Source: Acidobacteriota bacterium
GTDB lineage: Bacteria; Acidobacteriota; Blastocatellia; Pyrinomonadales; Pyrinomonadaceae
DNA: 37,651 nucleotides
Assembly: GCA_963169175.1 (NCBI GenBank)
Contig: CAUJFK010000368.1
Span: 1 to 37,651 of the forward strand
Reading direction: 5' to 3'
Shown here: one piece after another, positions 29,619 through 37,651 of the stretch
Layout of the letters: each line of letters starts with the position of its first letter
How positions within the stretch are numbered: position 1 is the stretch's first letter
The notes under the pieces: model-generated
What the model saw: only the letters and a program-made list of their open reading frames with translations
Told to the model about the DNA's origin: nothing
The model's database searches: none
Translations under genes and position numbers: made by a program

Positions 29619-30007
29619 TAATTCTCGATACCGATATCTGGATCTGGTACGTACAGGATGACAAAAAATTAAAACCAAATACCTTGCAGTTGATCAGCGA
29701 TCATGAAACCGCGGGTCTGGGAGTGAGTGCAATTTCCCTTTGGGAAATTGCTGAGGCTGTCGAAAACGGTGGCCTGAGTTTGCCGCTGCCAGTCACGGAT
29801 TGGCTGGAAGCCGCGATTTTATATCCAGGGATTGAACTTCTTCCGTTAACGCCGAAGATTGCTGCACTGTCAGCTAATCTTCCAGGTAATTTTCATAAAG
29901 ATCCGGCCGATCAGATAATCGTGGCAACTTCGCTGGTACATAGCGTTTCACTTGTGACCTACGATTCGAAAATAACTTCATATCCACACATCAGGTTGCT
30001 TACGTGA
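29615..30007 (+). CDS. vapC: PIN-domain ribonuclease toxin (VapC family)
   Basis: The MIILDTDIWIWY N-terminal acidic motif, SLWEIAEAV, DPADQIIVATS, and 130 aa size. Confidence 0.85.
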   Translation: MIILDTDIWIWYVQDDKKLKPNTLQLISDHETAGLGVSAISLWEIAEAVENGGLSLPLPVTDWLEAAILYPGIELLPLTPKIAALSANLPGNFHKDPADQIIVATSLVHSVSLVTYDSKITSYPHIRLLT

Positions 30008-31167
30008 TGAAGGCGATCCTTCCATATTCAACCATCGGCGTGTTCGGCAGCGGCCAGCTTGGGCGAATGTTTGCTATCGAGGCACGCAAAATGGGCTATC
30101 GTGTGCATACCTTTTCGCCGGATACCGACACACCGACGGGACAGGTGGCTGATCAGGAAACCACCGCCTCGTACGACGATCTTCACGAGGTGCGGACGTT
30201 TGCACAGAGCGTCGATGTTGTGACATTTGAGTTTGAGAACGTGCCCGCGGCTACGGTCGAGGCCGCGGCGCAGTTTGTAGATGTTTTTCCAAAAGGTGAA
30301 ATATTGCACACAACGCAGAACCGGCTGCGCGAAAAAACCTTTCTTTCTGAAAACGGCGTTCCGGTCACAACGTTCCGGCATATTAAGTTGACCGATGATC
30401 TTTATCATGCGACGGACGAACTCGGTTTTCCGTGTGTTCTGAAAACTGCCGGGTTCGGTTACGACGGCAAGGGGCAGGCAAAGCTTAAGGCACATCATGA
30501 TATCGAGACCGCATTTGCCGCGATGAACGGTCGGGAATCGGTTCTCGAGGCATTCGTTGATTTTGAAAAAGAGGTTTCGGTTGTTTGCGCCCGCGGACAG
30601 GATGGCGCGTTTGTTCATTATGGCGTCATTGAGAACGATCACGTCAATCACATTCTGGACGTATCGTTCGCTCCCGCTATTGTGACTGAAGCCGTTCGAT
30701 CACAGGCGATCGAGATCGCTCAGAGTATAGCCGAAACGCTCGATTACGTCGGCACGCTTTGCATCGAGTTTTTTCTCGCGAAGGACGGCAAGCTGCTTGT
30801 CAACGAACTTGCCCCGCGGCCGCATAATTCTGGCCACCTCACGTTCGGGCCGTGTGTCACATCGCAGTTTGAGCAGCAGGTTCGCGCTGTTTGCGGGCTT
30901 CCGCTTGGTTCGACCGAATTTCACCGCCCGGCCGCGATGGCCAATCTGCTTGGCGACATTTGGCAAAACGGCGAGCCGAATTGGGCCGCCGCTTTGGCCG
31001 ATCCGTCGATAAAACTGCACCTCTACGGCAAGGCCGAGGCGAAACCCGGCCGCAAAATGGGCCATCTGACCGCCATCGCGGAAACCGTTGAAAGCGCCGT
31101 TGATAAGGTACGGAGCGCAAGGCAGAAACTGAACGATCAGGGTAACGGCGCGGGACGGCAAACTTAA
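30004..31167 (+). CDS. purK: N5-carboxyaminoimidazole ribonucleotide synthase PurK
   Basis: IGVFGSGQLGRMFA, the ATP-grasp motif GFPCVLKTAGFGYDGKGQ, LVNELAPRPHNSGH, and GRKMGHLT. The start, GTG 30004 or ATG 30007, overlaps the vapC TGA. Confidence 0.9.
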   Translation: MMKAILPYSTIGVFGSGQLGRMFAIEARKMGYRVHTFSPDTDTPTGQVADQETTASYDDLHEVRTFAQSVDVVTFEFENVPAATVEAAAQFVDVFPKGEILHTTQNRLREKTFLSENGVPVTTFRHIKLTDDLYHATDELGFPCVLKTAGFGYDGKGQAKLKAHHDIETAFAAMNGRESVLEAFVDFEKEVSVVCARGQDGAFVHYGVIENDHVNHILDVSFAPAIVTEAVRSQAIEIAQSIAETLDYVGTLCIEFFLAKDGKLLVNELAPRPHNSGHLTFGPCVTSQFEQQVRAVCGLPLGSTEFHRPAAMANLLGDIWQNGEPNWAAALADPSIKLHLYGKAEAKPGRKMGHLTAIAETVESAVDKVRSARQKLNDQGNGAGRQT

Positions 31168-31195
31168 GTTTGCCGGACATGTTAGAATTCCAAAA

Positions 31196-31687
31196 ATGGC
31201 TGAAAGTATTGCATTTTCTAAAGCGGCTAGCCGCGAACAGATCTACGCGGAGATCACCCCGCAGATCGATGCGCTTATTGCCGGCGAGTCCGATCTGATC
31301 GCAAATCTTGCGAACGTCGCTGCCGTATTGGAGGAAGCCTTCAGCTTTTTCTGGGTCGGATTTTACCTAAAAAAGGGCGATCAACTCGTGCTTGGGCCGT
31401 TTCAGGGGCCGCTCGCCTGTACGCGGATAAACTTTGACGAGGGTGTTTGTGGGCACGCGTATTCATCACTCAAAACCGTTGTTGTGCCGAACGTGGATGA
31501 ATTCCCAGGCCATATCGCGTGCAGTTCGGCATCGAAGTCGGAGATCGTAGTGCCGATGTTCGATACGGCCGGAAAAGCGGCCGGTGTGCTGGACGTGGAC
31601 AGTGACCGGCTTGATGATTTTTCTGAAACGGACCGACTCGGCCTTGAGCGGATCGTTCATCTGTTAAAGGGCCACCTCACCGCCTAG
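31196..31687 (+). CDS. GAF-domain protein of the free methionine-(R)-sulfoxide reductase (MsrC/YebR) family
   Basis: DLIANLANVAAVLEE, FWVGFYL, LVLGPFQGPLACTRI, GVCG, FPGHIACSSASKSEIVVPM, and GVLDVDS. Confidence 0.85.
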   Translation: MAESIAFSKAASREQIYAEITPQIDALIAGESDLIANLANVAAVLEEAFSFFWVGFYLKKGDQLVLGPFQGPLACTRINFDEGVCGHAYSSLKTVVVPNVDEFPGHIACSSASKSEIVVPMFDTAGKAAGVLDVDSDRLDDFSETDRLGLERIVHLLKGHLTA

Positions 31688-31768
31688 CCCCGCTGCTTAA
31701 CTAGCTCCGACAGACTGCATAAAGTAAAATAAAAGTTCCGGGGCTATGCCGCGGGAGTCCGTTTTACT

Positions 31769-32800
31769 ATGCCGCATTTAGAATATCCATTTTGGGTCTG
31801 GGCAACATTTTTCGCTGTGGTTCTGATCGCGCTTTTTGTCGATATCGGCATTGTCAATCGAAAGTCGCATGCACCCAGCCGCAAGGAGACACTTGTCTGG
31901 AGCGTGGTCTGGGTATCACTCGCTCTTGCATTTGGCGGATTCATTTACAGCCAGTTTGGCGGGCTGAAATCGAAAGAATTTCTTACGGGTTATTTGATCG
32001 AGATGTCGTTGTCGATCGATAATCTTTTTGTTTTTCTGCTTATCTTCGGCTATTTCAAGGTACCCAAAAAATATCAGCATCGCGTACTATTCTGGGGCAT
32101 TTTCATGGCCCTCGTCATGCGAATGGTGATGATCTTTGCAGGCGTTGAGCTTGTCAATCAGTTTCATTGGACGCTTTACGTCGCCGGTGCCTTTCTCATT
32201 TATACCGGGTTCAAGATGTTTGGCGAGGATGAGGCATTCGAACCGGAAGAAAGCGCCGTTGTGAATCTGACCACACGCTTCATCCGGATATCGAAGCATT
32301 ATGAAGGCGACAAATTTTTTACGCGCGACCAGGCCGGCAGGCATGCAGGCACCCTGCTTTTACTGGTTCTTATCGTTATAAATCTGGCCGATCTGGTATT
32401 TGCGGTCGATTCGATCCCCGCGATCCTGGGCATTTCCACTGACACGTTCATCGTTTACACGTCCAACATCTTTGCTATTTTGGGTTTAAGGACCTTTTTC
32501 TTTCTGCTGGCCGAATTGGCCGACCGGTTTCATTTCCTTAAATTCGGCCTGGCGTTCATATTGACCTTCATCGGCGTAAAAATGCTCTTGCCTCTAGCGG
32601 CTGAAGGGCTGATAATAGTAATTGGCCACGATGGTTCCCTCCTTTCCAACATTTTGGAACGGTATCAGAATCATGAGTTCGAGCAGCTTTTCATTAATAT
32701 ATCGCTCGGCGTGGTCACGGTTTCGATCATTGTTTCGGTGGTCCTTTCCCTTCTGATAGCACCCAAAAGCCAGGAAAACGTCGAAGCGGTCAGCGAATAG
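31769..32800 (+). CDS. TerC family integral membrane protein
   Basis: EMSLSIDNLFVFLLIF and LVFAVDSIPAILGIS are the paired TerC motifs. The protein is polytopic. Confidence 0.9.
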   Translation: MPHLEYPFWVWATFFAVVLIALFVDIGIVNRKSHAPSRKETLVWSVVWVSLALAFGGFIYSQFGGLKSKEFLTGYLIEMSLSIDNLFVFLLIFGYFKVPKKYQHRVLFWGIFMALVMRMVMIFAGVELVNQFHWTLYVAGAFLIYTGFKMFGEDEAFEPEESAVVNLTTRFIRISKHYEGDKFFTRDQAGRHAGTLLLLVLIVINLADLVFAVDSIPAILGISTDTFIVYTSNIFAILGLRTFFFLLAELADRFHFLKFGLAFILTFIGVKMLLPLAAEGLIIVIGHDGSLLSNILERYQNHEFEQLFINISLGVVTVSIIVSVVLSLLIAPKSQENVEAVSE

Positions 32801-32830
32801 CGTCGTTCCAATCGTTCGCCTGGGTTTCTG

Positions 32831-34069
32831 ATGGAACAGAAATACAAGAAGTTTTACGTCGAGTGGTGGAAAATACAGCGAAGCACCGTTGTCGGGCTGA
32901 TCGTGTTTATTGTTGTGTCAGCGGCGGTCGCGTTCGGCGGCTGGTGGGCGATCAAACATAACTGGTTCGTTGCGCAGGAGCTAAGTGACATACCGCCGAA
33001 CGCCGCGCGGATCATCTCTTTCGAAGGCGATGTCCGCATCACCCGCGCGGCAACCCGTGAAACTATCATCGTTACCAAAGAAACCTGGGTGGCCGCGGGC
33101 GATACCATTCAAACGCAAGCGGACGGACGTGCGATCATTCAGATGATCGATAACTCGGCCTACACGCTCGGCCCGAACAGCAGCGTCGTCGTCCGCGACA
33201 ACTCGTCGATCTTTGGCGGCAACAACGTTCGTGTTTCGCTCGATGACGGACAACTGAGAGTTCGAACGGAAGACCAGCCTGATAATGCAAAAAATGTCGT
33301 CGAGATGCAGGATTCGGAGACGCAATTGAACCCGCAAACCGACGCCAGCTTTAACGCCGATGCATCAACCGGCGGCGGCGAGATCCGCATCAGCCGCGGG
33401 AGTGTCGAAACCAGCGTCGGCGGGACCAAGACAACGATCACTGAAAATCAGTTCGCGGCCGTAAACGATGGGAAGATAGCAAATCGTGAAACTCTGCTGC
33501 CGCCGCCGCGGTTGGTGTCGCCCGCGAATATGGCCCAGGTTGCCGATCCGTCAGGTTCCGGCGCCAGCATTGGCCTAGCATGGCAAAACGAGAGCGGGAC
33601 GCCGCTCGCCGCATATTATCTCCAGGTGGCACGTTCCTCATATTTCGCTGCCGACTCGATATTTGTTGACCGCAACGCCCTAAATTCCGGCGAATTCCGC
33701 GTTGGCGGCCTTTCGCCGGGCACATATTACTGGCGCGTCAAATCAACTGCCCGTTCCGGCCAGGTCAGCGAATGGAGCGAACCGTTCAAATTCAACGTAG
33801 TAAAACGCGAGGCAAGCCGGAGTATTGAAGTAGCGGGCTGGAACGTAGAGAACGTTGGCGGTAATGTATATATTATCAGCGGACGAACGCTGCCCGGCTT
33901 GCTGGTCAAGTCGCAGGGCAATCAGGTCTATGCAACCGCGGACGGAACGTTCAGGCTGCAGATATCATCGCAATTGTCCGAAGCGGCCGTTGAGTTCAAT
34001 GATGACCGGGGCAATCGGGCCGGGTTCGTATTATCGCTGAGGAACGCACGAGTGCTGCGTAAATATTAG
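32831..34069 (+). CDS. FecR-domain protein with an N-terminal membrane anchor
   Basis: TM segment VVGLIVFIVVSAAVAFGGWWAI. FEGDVRITRAATRE...AAGDTIQTQADGRAIIQMIDNSAYTLGPNSSVVV resembles the FecR beta-sandwich. Confidence 0.6.
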   Translation: MEQKYKKFYVEWWKIQRSTVVGLIVFIVVSAAVAFGGWWAIKHNWFVAQELSDIPPNAARIISFEGDVRITRAATRETIIVTKETWVAAGDTIQTQADGRAIIQMIDNSAYTLGPNSSVVVRDNSSIFGGNNVRVSLDDGQLRVRTEDQPDNAKNVVEMQDSETQLNPQTDASFNADASTGGGEIRISRGSVETSVGGTKTTITENQFAAVNDGKIANRETLLPPPRLVSPANMAQVADPSGSGASIGLAWQNESGTPLAAYYLQVARSSYFAADSIFVDRNALNSGEFRVGGLSPGTYYWRVKSTARSGQVSEWSEPFKFNVVKREASRSIEVAGWNVENVGGNVYIISGRTLPGLLVKSQGNQVYATADGTFRLQISSQLSEAAVEFNDDRGNRAGFVLSLRNARVLRKY

Positions 34070-34084
34070 CGGGAGAGCGAGAAT

Positions 34085-35041
34085 TTGTCGGCCGGTCACG
34101 ATCATTCAAATAGCACACGATCAAGCGGAAGCGTGCGGCGGTTAAAGATCGCGCTTGCATTGACCTTTTTGTACATGATCGCCGAAGCAGTCGGCGGTTG
34201 GTTTGCAAATTCGCTGGCCCTGATCGCGGACGCGGGCCACATGCTGACCGACGTGGCGGCAATGCTCCTGACGCTGTTCGCCTTCTGGTTTGCCGCCCGC
34301 CCCGCTACTTCGCAAAAGACTTACGGTTACTACCGGATCGAGATCCTTGCGGCCTTCGTCAATGGCGCTGTCCTCGTTGTCCTGTCGATCTGGGTGGTTT
34401 ACGAGGCCATTCAGCGATGGCGGTCACCGGCGGACATCAAGGGCGTTGAGATGCTGGTCATTGCGACCGGCGGCCTTGTTGTAAACATAATTTCGGCCTG
34501 GCTGCTGCATTCCGGCGATAAGCACGACCTGAATATGCGCGGCGCGTTTCTGCATGTGGTCGGCGATCTTTTGGGTTCGGTCGCAGCGATCGCGGCCGGT
34601 GTTCTGATACTTTCCTTCGGCTGGTTGTGGGCCGACGCGGCCGGCAGCATCCTTATCAGTGTCATCATCATTATTGGCGCCTGGCGGCTAATTTTGGATT
34701 CGGTCAACGTTTTGCTTGAGGGGACACCGTCGCATATAAGCATGACGGCCGTTGAGAATCTGCTTCTTGATGCGGACGGCGTTACGGGTATTCACGATCT
34801 GCACGTGTGGACCATCTCCTCGGGCCTCTATGCTCTTTCGGTCCATATCAGCCACAATGATGCGGTCCTTCACTCCGACCTGCTCCAAACGGTCCGCAAC
34901 CGGCTCCACGACCGTTTCGGGATCGACCATCTGACAATTCAGATGGAAGGGACAAGCCAGGAAAATGAGGCCGTTTTCACCTGCGAGACCGGGTCGAATT
35001 GCTTCGAGCCTCCGGCCCGGTCTAAGTTCGCGAATGGTTAA
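34085..35041 (+). CDS. Cation diffusion facilitator (CzcD/ZitB-like) divalent metal efflux transporter
   Basis: ALIADAGHMLTDV, GAFLHVVGDLLGS, and the C-terminal GIHDLHVWTISSG. Apparent TTG start. Confidence 0.9.
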   Translation: MSAGHDHSNSTRSSGSVRRLKIALALTFLYMIAEAVGGWFANSLALIADAGHMLTDVAAMLLTLFAFWFAARPATSQKTYGYYRIEILAAFVNGAVLVVLSIWVVYEAIQRWRSPADIKGVEMLVIATGGLVVNIISAWLLHSGDKHDLNMRGAFLHVVGDLLGSVAAIAAGVLILSFGWLWADAAGSILISVIIIIGAWRLILDSVNVLLEGTPSHISMTAVENLLLDADGVTGIHDLHVWTISSGLYALSVHISHNDAVLHSDLLQTVRNRLHDRFGIDHLTIQMEGTSQENEAVFTCETGSNCFEPPARSKFANG

Positions 35042-35046
35042 TACGA

Positions 35047-36303
35047 ATGGCAAGCATCGAACTAAAGTACGGCCGCTCACAATATTATTTTGAGTTCGAG
35101 GCAGGCAGATTCGACATCCTGGAACCTCAGGCCGATGTCCGGCCGTTGAGAGATCTTGAGATCAACGAGCGGCTCAATAGCCCGATCGGTACCGCGGCGA
35201 TCGAAGATATCGTCCAGCCGGGCGAGAAGGTCCTTATCGTGGTGCCGGACGCAACCCGCCAAATTGCCTGCGGCCAGGTCATCAACCTTCTTGTGCGCCG
35301 TCTGATCGCCAACGGAACGGAACCGTTCACAATTAGCACCATCTTCGCCACCGGCATCCACAGGGCTGTTACTGAGGCCGAGAAGAGCGATATCCTTACG
35401 CCGTTCGTCGCCCAACGAATAAAGGCCCTCGATCACAGGCCGCGCGATATTGCGCGAATAACGCGGCTTGGTGAGACCTCGGCCGGAATTCCTGTCGAAC
35501 TGAACAGCGCGCTGGTCGAGCACGATCACGTGATCCTCATCGGCGGGATCGGATTTCACTATTTCGCTGGGTTTACCGGCGGGCGAAAGCTGATCTGCCC
35601 GGGGCTGGCATCATCGAAGACGATATCGGCTACGCACAAACTCGCGTTTGACTGCGACCGGCTCGACCGGCGTGCGGGTGTAGCCACGGCCCAGCTTGAC
35701 GGCAATCCAGTTCACGAAGCGTTTGTCGAGGCCGCATCGAAAACGAATATCTCGTTCTGCATCAGCACTATCGTGAACGACGGAGGTTTATTGACCGGCC
35801 TTTTTTGCGGTGATCTTATTGGATCTCACAGGCAGGCATGCGATGCCTATTCGATCGGGCACACGATCGATCTTGCGGAAAAGCGGGACCTTGTGATAGC
35901 AAGCTGCGGCGGCTTTCCATACGATATCGATCTCATTCAGGCGCACAAGACGATCCATGCCGCCTCGCACGCCTGCCGCGAAGGTGGAACGATGGTCATT
36001 CTTGCCGAATGCGACGATGGCCCTGGACGCGCGGACTTTCTAAATTGGTTCGAAGCGAATGATAGTCAGGATCTGGCCCGTATGCTTTGCGAAAAATACC
36101 AGGTCAACGGCCAAACGGCCTGGAGCCTTCTAAATATAGCGGAACGATTCGATGTCAGGCTCGTCACTGCCCTTAATACTCAGAAGATCGAAACTACGCG
36201 TATGAGGCGGTACGAAAGCCTTGCGGCCGCCCTCGTCGGCATCGAGGACCGCCGGGGATACATCCTGCCGTACGGAGCACGGAGCAGAATCGTCAATTCA
36301 TAG
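35047..36303 (+). CDS. Lactate racemase (LarA) family / DUF2088 domain protein
   Basis: 418 aa with VLIVVPDATRQ, TGIHR, and ILIGGIGFHYFAGFTGGRKLICPG. This matches the LarA N-terminal domain pattern as I recall it. Confidence 0.75.
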   Translation: MASIELKYGRSQYYFEFEAGRFDILEPQADVRPLRDLEINERLNSPIGTAAIEDIVQPGEKVLIVVPDATRQIACGQVINLLVRRLIANGTEPFTISTIFATGIHRAVTEAEKSDILTPFVAQRIKALDHRPRDIARITRLGETSAGIPVELNSALVEHDHVILIGGIGFHYFAGFTGGRKLICPGLASSKTISATHKLAFDCDRLDRRAGVATAQLDGNPVHEAFVEAASKTNISFCISTIVNDGGLLTGLFCGDLIGSHRQACDAYSIGHTIDLAEKRDLVIASCGGFPYDIDLIQAHKTIHAASHACREGGTMVILAECDDGPGRADFLNWFEANDSQDLARMLCEKYQVNGQTAWSLLNIAERFDVRLVTALNTQKIETTRMRRYESLAAALVGIEDRRGYILPYGARSRIVNS

Positions 36304-36350
36304 ATTGCCTTGAAATGTCGGAGCTATGATCGACCCTACCGCATCCGGCG

Positions 36351-36869
36351 TCACTTTTTCTTTACATTAAAGGTCCTTGCTATCGAGTCGGTCTGATTGC
36401 GTATGGACTTAAGCCTGTCTCGAAAGCCCGTAAAGCGGAGAACGTAAACCGTTGAGTCATTTGATCTTAGAAAATAGTACCGGCCTCCCATCGGCCGGCC
36501 GGCGCGGACGAATTCAAAATTGAAGACCGCACCTTTCAGAAAGCCGCCGAACTGTTCCTCTTTGCCGGCGACGTACCCGGGCTGAAACTGCAGCTTCTGT
36601 TCCTCTTCCCTGATCAGATCGGAAACAATTGCCCTCGGAGGCAGGGCAAGCCGGCGCACTTCAAGATGGCCATCCGTCCTGTCGCCAAAGACATACTCGA
36701 CATTCGGCGTCGTCGCGGAGGGCTTAACGGTCATTTTCCACCGCTCGTCCGGGAGTTCAAATCCATATTCGACGTCCGAACTGGTAAAACTGGATCCCTG
36801 GGCCGCGGCCGGTACCGCGAACACAAGCGCGGCCAATAGAGCGAAAAAGATCGAATTTCGGTGTTTCAT
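36351..36869 (-). CDS. Hypothetical secreted protein
   Basis: MKHRNSIFFALLAALVFAVPAAAQG is a signal peptide. The upstream 55 codons of the tracked ORF are not protein-like. No family recognised. Confidence 0.55.
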   Translation of the reverse strand: MKHRNSIFFALLAALVFAVPAAAQGSSFTSSDVEYGFELPDERWKMTVKPSATTPNVEYVFGDRTDGHLEVRRLALPPRAIVSDLIREEEQKLQFQPGYVAGKEEQFGGFLKGAVFNFEFVRAGRPMGGRYYFLRSNDSTVYVLRFTGFRDRLKSIRNQTDSIARTFNVKKK

Positions 36870-37085
36870 CATTCTATGCCGTAAATCGGCCCCACGGAAT
36901 ATTATCGCAAAAATGACGGCTTGACTGTTAGTTCGATGCCCCGAAAACATTATATGTTGTACGTTTTGGGGTGGGCGCGCGGCCGATGCGGGCGAATTTT
37001 TTCGCCTAATCGCCTGCCGGGTGCGTCTAACCAACTAGCAACGCGATCAAGCCGATCGCAAACCATCGACGCAGGTTATAAAGTA

Positions 37086-37651
37086 ATGAAAAGATCAATT
37101 ACATTTTTTAAGCAAGCATGTACAGCGACCATTTTGGTCGCTTTTTGCGCACCGCTCTTCACGATCAAGGCCGGCCCGGCCGCGGATAAAAAGCTGACCG
37201 AGGAGCAAAAGATCCTCCACGTCCTGAACCGGCTCGGCTTTGGTGCCCGGCCGGGCGATGTAGAAAAGGTTAAGGCGATGGGCTTGCAGAAGTACATCGA
37301 CCAGCAACTGGACCCTTCATCGATCGCCGATACTGTTGCCGAAAAAAAGGTCGATAGCCTTGAGATCTTCAAGATGTCAACGGATGAAGTTTTCGCCAAG
37401 TATCCAAATCCCGGTGCTCTGCTCAGGCAGTTGGAAGGCAACATGCCCGCGCAGAACGCCGAAGAAATGACCGATAAGCAGCGGCAGGATCGCCAGCAAA
37501 AGCTCCGCTCATATTACCAGAAGTATGATCTGCGGCCGGCCGGCCAGCTTCAGCCGCAGATAATCGCAAATCGAGTGCTGCGGGACGTATATTCCGAGCG
37601 CCAGCTTCAGGAAGTTATGGTTGATTTCTGGCAAAACCATTTTAACGTCTT
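37086..37651 (+). CDS. DUF1800 domain-containing protein (5' part, runs off the right edge)
   Basis: Absent from the ORF track because it has no stop codon in the window. ATG 37086 gives MKRSITFFKQACTATILVAFCAPLF (signal), then ILHVLNRLGFGARPGD...YIDQQLDP...VMVDFWQNHFNV, typical of DUF1800. The tracked minus-strand ORF 37076-37444 is its antisense shadow. Confidence 0.7.
   Translation, partial: MKRSITFFKQACTATILVAFCAPLFTIKAGPAADKKLTEEQKILHVLNRLGFGARPGDVEKVKAMGLQKYIDQQLDPSSIADTVAEKKVDSLEIFKMSTDEVFAKYPNPGALLRQLEGNMPAQNAEEMTDKQRQDRQQKLRSYYQKYDLRPAGQLQPQIIANRVLRDVYSERQLQEVMVDFWQNHFNV

Noticed and set aside
31688-31768. A possible yybP-ykoY (manganese) riboswitch upstream of the TerC-family gene, where that riboswitch is often found.
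   Set aside because: The gap is only 81 nt. I could not see the conserved four-way-junction sequence blocks, only a 7 bp agtaaaa/ttttact helix. An Rfam scan would settle it.
37076-37444. A 122 aa minus-strand ORF at the right end of the window.
   Set aside because: The plus strand encodes a convincing DUF1800 N-terminus with a signal peptide in the same region, so the minus ORF is its shadow.

Overview
This 37.6 kb window is chromosomal DNA from a bacterium. The taxon cannot be proven from the sequence. The protein repertoire (Ser/Thr kinase with TPR, FecR-like, DUF1800, DUF1015, monomeric IDH) is reminiscent of Acidobacteria-type soil phyla.

Most of the window is densely packed housekeeping DNA:
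- An SPFH/zinc-ribbon protein, a Trm112-like protein and a GT9 heptosyltransferase.
- The conserved ffh-rpsP-KH-rimM-trmD-rplS cluster, followed by rnhB.
- A long minus-strand run: DUF1015, pdxH, GNAT, alpha/beta hydrolase, HExxH membrane protein, SDR, MBL hydrolase.
- A pterin dehydratase, a TonB-C protein, monomeric icd and a Ser/Thr kinase.
- A TlpA-like redoxin and purE/purK.
- A GAF (MsrC-like) protein, TerC, a FecR-like protein, a CDF transporter, a LarA-like protein and the 5' part of a DUF1800 gene that the ORF track missed.

I saw no rRNA, tRNA, CRISPR array, transposase or integrase.

The clear accessory element is a three-gene mod-rhuM-res Type III-like restriction-modification cassette (2883-8642, minus strand). 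It is wedged directly upstream of ffh.

Observations most worth a second look:
1. A 155 bp nested palindromic, MITE/RPE-like element sits in frame inside the methyltransferase gene.
2. About 350 bp of non-coding DNA upstream of mod contains mutually exclusive pairing segments.
3. RhuM is translationally coupled between mod and res.
4. A VapBC-like toxin-antitoxin pair is spliced with almost no spacer between purE and purK.
5. A cluster of GC-rich hairpins lies in a convergent gap.
6. The spacers of the rimM-trmD-rplS operon contain several structured or repeated elements.

All calls rest on reading the translations and the nucleotide sequence by eye. No database search or folding calculation was run.
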